The notes beneath the pieces were generated by a model, which did not search any database, had not been told where the DNA came from, and saw nothing but the letters and a program-made list of their open reading frames with translations. The position numbers and the translations under genes are program-made. DNA of 64,000 bases from Lachnospiraceae bacterium (GTDB taxonomy: Bacteria; Bacillota; Clostridia; Lachnospirales; Lachnospiraceae). The stretch is from assembly GCA_015057525.1 (NCBI GenBank), contig SVEE01000002.1, positions 4,767-68,766 on the forward strand. Direction: 5' to 3'. Shown one piece after another: positions 60,913 through 64,000 of this stretch (position 1 is the stretch's first letter; each line of letters starts with the position of its first letter).

Positions 60913-61797
60913 ATGAAAAGCTATGTAGATGATTATATAAATTATCTTAATACAGTAAAGCGTGCCAGTGTTAATACAGTGGCATCTTACAAAAGAGATT
61001 TGATGAAGTTATGTTCGTATTTTGAGAGCATAAACTGCAATAGTCTCTCGGATATCAATTCTACAGATTTAAGTTCCTATGTAATCAGCATTGAAAAACA
61101 GGGAATGTCATCTGCAACTGTATCTAGAAATATTGCTAGTATTAAGTCGTTTTTTCTTTATTTATTAAAACAGGGTAAGATATCATCTGATTATACAGAA
61201 CATTTGAGACCACCTAAAATAGAAAAGAAGATTCCGGAAGTACTCACAATTAAGGAAGTTAATCTTTTACTTGAGCAACCTTCCAAATCTAATCCAAAAG
61301 AAATAAGAGATAAGGCAATGCTTGAACTTTTATATGCTACAGGCATGAGAGTTTCAGAATTAATATCTCTTAAATTAGATGATGTTAATTTGCCTATGAG
61401 CTATATTCTTTGTAGAGATGCAAATAAAGAAAGAGTTATTCCGATTGAAAATGCAGCTAAGATTGCTTTGGAGACTTACATAAAAGGTAGCCGAGAGTCT
61501 ATGTGTGAGGGAAGTCCTTATTTGTTTACAAATTTAAAGGGACAACCTATGACACGTCAGGGCTTTTGGAAACTTATTAAGGCATATGCTAAAAAGGCTG
61601 GTATTAACAAAGATATAACACCACATATGATTAGACATTCATTTGCGTCACATCTTGTGAGCAATGGTGCTGACCTTAAAGCAGTGCAGGAGATGCTTGG
61701 ACATTCGGATATTTCAACAACTCAGATATATTTAAAGAGTAGACAGAGCAAAATTAAAGAAGAGTATGATAAAGCACATCCTCGTGCAAGAGCATAA
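60913..61797 (+). CDS. xerD: Site-specific tyrosine recombinase XerD/RipX
   Basis: NTVASYKRDL, RDKAMLELLYATGMRVSEL, HMIRHSFASHL, VQEMLGHSDISTTQIY (R-HxxR-H-Y residues intact). Confidence 0.92.
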   Translation: MKSYVDDYINYLNTVKRASVNTVASYKRDLMKLCSYFESINCNSLSDINSTDLSSYVISIEKQGMSSATVSRNIASIKSFFLYLLKQGKISSDYTEHLRPPKIEKKIPEVLTIKEVNLLLEQPSKSNPKEIRDKAMLELLYATGMRVSELISLKLDDVNLPMSYILCRDANKERVIPIENAAKIALETYIKGSRESMCEGSPYLFTNLKGQPMTRQGFWKLIKAYAKKAGINKDITPHMIRHSFASHLVSNGADLKAVQEMLGHSDISTTQIYLKSRQSKIKEEYDKAHPRARA

Positions 61798-61834
61798 AAA
61801 AACCACTAATTAATAACATGATTAGTGGTTTTTT
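61797..61834. terminator. Bidirectional terminator between xerD and aroC
   Basis: AAAAAACCACTAAT / ATTAGTGGTTTTTT. Confidence 0.88.
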
Positions 61835-61841
61835 GTTTAGT

Positions 61842-62939
61842 TTATTTGTAAATTTTTACAAGGTTATCTATCTTAGATGTGGCGTTAATCATAAGTAAAT
61901 CAAGAATTGTTATTGCACACATTGCTTCAACTACAACAACGGCTCTTGGACCGATGATTGGATCATGTCTACCCTTGATTGCAAGTTTAATATCTTCACC
62001 ATTTTTGTTTACTGTATTTTGTTCCTTAAAGATTGAAGGAGTTGGTTTAAATGATGCACGAACTAAAACATCTGAACCATCGCTTATTCCACCAAGTGTT
62101 CCACCTGAATGATTGGTTGATTTGGAAATAAATCCATCATTATTAAAGAAGTTATCATTATTCTCTGAACCAACTGCTTGGGAAACCTTGACACCATCGC
62201 CAATTTCTACAGCTTTAACTGCTCCTATAGACATAATGGCCTGGGCTAAAATAGCATCTAATTTGTTAAATACAGGTTCTCCAATACCAGCAGGCACACC
62301 ACTAATAATACATTCCACAGAGGAACCAACAGAATCTAATTGACTCATAATTTCTTTTAAGTATTCTGATGATTTCTGGGCACATTCCTTATCTGGCATA
62401 TAGTGTGGATTGTTGGAAATTTCATCCTTATTGAACTTGGAATAGTCTATTACGTTTGGACCAATGGAACGTGTATATGTAGTAAAGGATATTCCAAGAG
62501 TATTTAATGCTTTTATTGCAATTGCACCTGCGGCAACTCTTCCAATAGTTTCTCTGCCTGATGAACGACCGCCGCCTCTATAGTCTCTGAAACCAAACTT
62601 TTCATCGAAACAATAATCAGCATGTCCTGGTCTGTAGCTATTAGCTATTTCTCCATAGTCCTTTGATTTTTGATCCTGATTATATACAACTAAAGAAATG
62701 GGAGTACCTGTAGTTTTGCCTTCAAATACACCTGAGAGAATTTCAACTTTGTCAGCCTCATTTCTTTTGGTCGAAAATTCACTTTGTCCAGGTTTACGTC
62801 TATTTAAGAAGATTTGTATATCATCTTCACATAATGGAATACCGGCAGGACAGCCGTCAACCACAACACCTAAGCCTTTGCCGTGGGATTCGCCCCATGT
62901 ACTTATTGTAAAAAGTTTTCCGAATGTTGAACCAGCCAT
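61842..62939 (-). CDS. aroC: Chorismate synthase
   Basis: TWGESHG, RRKPGQS, GKTTGTPI, RPGHAD, RGGGRSSGRET..RVAAGA, NHSGG.LGGIS.G, GRHDP.I.PRA. Confidence 0.97.
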   Translation of the reverse strand: MAGSTFGKLFTISTWGESHGKGLGVVVDGCPAGIPLCEDDIQIFLNRRKPGQSEFSTKRNEADKVEILSGVFEGKTTGTPISLVVYNQDQKSKDYGEIANSYRPGHADYCFDEKFGFRDYRGGGRSSGRETIGRVAAGAIAIKALNTLGISFTTYTRSIGPNVIDYSKFNKDEISNNPHYMPDKECAQKSSEYLKEIMSQLDSVGSSVECIISGVPAGIGEPVFNKLDAILAQAIMSIGAVKAVEIGDGVKVSQAVGSENNDNFFNNDGFISKSTNHSGGTLGGISDGSDVLVRASFKPTPSIFKEQNTVNKNGEDIKLAIKGRHDPIIGPRAVVVVEAMCAITILDLLMINATSKIDNLVKIYK

Positions 62940-63095
62940 AGTGTTATCCTTTCTCTATTACAGTAAATTATATTGGTTGTAATATTATATTTAATTCCGT
63001 GAATATTTAATTTGGAATTAATGATATTATATTATACATATTTTATCTGAAAAGATAAAGTAGTAGTTTTATAAAAGAAAAAAGGCAAAACGGGG

Positions 63096-63124
63096 TTTAC
63101 AAGAATAAAGGTTTATGCTAATAT
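63096..63124 (+). promoter_or_regulatory. sigma-A promoter of rpsO
   Basis: TTTACA-17-TAATAT with a TGc extension. Confidence 0.7.
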
Positions 63125-63184
63125 ATCTGTTGCCGTCACTTAGTTATAGGATTACTCCAACCATAACCCAGTGATTGGACAGAT
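63125..63184 (+). ncRNA. Probable S15 (rpsO) autoregulatory leader
   Basis: Nested stems ATCTGT/ACAGAT, TCACT/AGTGA and GTTAT/ATAAC with a CTCCAACC loop, in the 5' UTR of rpsO. Confidence 0.55.
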
Positions 63185-63209
63185 TTTTATTTTAACGGAG
63201 GAAAGTAAT

Positions 63210-63476
63210 ATGATTACTGCAGAAGCTAAGAAAGAAATTATGGAAAAGTATGCTCGTTGTGAGGGAGATACAGGTTCTCCAGAGGTTCAGGTTGCATTAC
63301 TTACAGCTAGAATCAACGATCTTAATGAGCACTTCAAGGCTCATCCAAAGGATCACCACTCAAGAAGAGGTCTCCTTAAGATGGTAGGTCAGAGAAGAAA
63401 CCTTTTAGCTTACTTAAAGAGCAAGGACATTGAGCGTTACAGAACACTCATCGAGAAGCTTGGTCTTAGAAAATAA
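63210..63476 (+). CDS. rpsO: 30S ribosomal protein S15
   Basis: [48 protein letters not shown]; ATG 63210 follows GGAGG. Confidence 0.98.
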   Translation: MITAEAKKEIMEKYARCEGDTGSPEVQVALLTARINDLNEHFKAHPKDHHSRRGLLKMVGQRRNLLAYLKSKDIERYRTLIEKLGLRK

Positions 63477-63490
63477 TCACACTAAACAAG

Positions 63491-63520
63491 AAACCGCAGG
63501 TCTTAGACTTGCGGTTTTTT
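63491..63520 (+). terminator. Rho-independent terminator
   Basis: AAACCGCAGGTC-TTA-GACTTGCGGTTT followed by T-run. Confidence 0.9.
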
Positions 63521-63608
63521 CTTTGTTCTAAAATATTGCAGATGAAAAACCAAAATGTTATATTAAATTATAGTTGTTACAATGAGAATTACTCTTGGAG
63601 GATTTAAA

Positions 63609-64000
63609 ATGGACATAATGCAATTTGCAATTGAAGGATATAAGAATATAAATGCAAAAAAATACATTGGTATTTTTGGTAATCCAATTAAGCATACATT
63701 GTCACCAGTGATTCACGATACAATTAGTAGAGAGTTAATGGTTGATGAGAGATATATACCATTTCATATAACTGATGGTTTGGGTAAAGCAGTGAAAATG
63801 GCATACAAGGACAGTATATTGGGACTTAATATAACTGTGCCATATAAACAGGATGTAATGGAACATTTGGTTGATATTGATAAAGCGGCAAAAGCAATAG
63901 GAGCGGTTAATACTTTGGTAAGAGTAGATGGAGGCTATAAAGGATATAACACAGATATGCCTGGCCTTGCCAAAGCTATTTTTAGTGAAGGAATAGATTT
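63609..64000 (+). CDS. aroE: Shikimate dehydrogenase, 3'-truncated by the window edge (absent from the ORF track)
   Basis: My translation from ATG 63609 (after GGAGG): ...GIFGNPIKHTLSPVIH...GLNITVPYKQDVM...IGAVNTL...GYNTDMPG. Confidence 0.92.
   Translation, partial: MDIMQFAIEGYKNINAKKYIGIFGNPIKHTLSPVIHDTISRELMVDERYIPFHITDGLGKAVKMAYKDSILGLNITVPYKQDVMEHLVDIDKAAKAIGAVNTLVRVDGGYKGYNTDMPGLAKAIFSEGID

Noticed and set aside
60913-61797. Tyrosine recombinase as evidence of an integrated mobile element, or as partner of the 23-kb repeats
   Set aside because: Sequence and nudF-spoIIM-xerD context identify the housekeeping XerD/RipX; no att sites or cargo nearby.

Overview
Low-GC (roughly one-third GC by eye) Bacillota chromosome segment, most likely from a spore-forming Lachnospiraceae/Clostridia member (inferred from gene content and order: gpr, spoIIP, ylbJ-like, spoIIM-like, the hrcA/CIRCE dnaK operon, fakA, rny). 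Nearly all genes are on the + strand. Core content: prfC; a fatty-acid cluster accD-accA-fabH-fabK-fabD-fabG-fabF-fabZ; aroK; gpr-spoIIP-lepA-hemW; hrcA-grpE-dnaK-dnaJ-prmA-rsmE; iscS-thiI; tex; rpmB; asp23-fakA-recG; rsmD-coaD; tmcAL; recA-recX-rny; aspC-nudF-spoIIM-xerD; aroC; rpsO; partial aroE. Accessory content: three c-di-GMP enzymes (one a 1256-aa LacI-sensor/GAF/degenerate GGDEF/EAL/beta-helix protein), a solitary 837-aa tubulin/FtsZ-like protein, an orphan class B sortase and a membrane-anchored CBM2-GH5 glycoside hydrolase. The most unusual stretch is the ~690-bp gap after fabZ. It holds a 209-nt long hairpin and, next to it, an array of four 35-bp TGGGTCT-N21-(A/G)(G/T)ACCCA units in nested inverted symmetry, which no annotated feature explains. 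I found no CRISPR array, transposase, prophage, tRNA or rRNA. Several start codons were moved from the ORF track to RBS-supported positions. No database searches could be run, so all family assignments rest on motif recognition.
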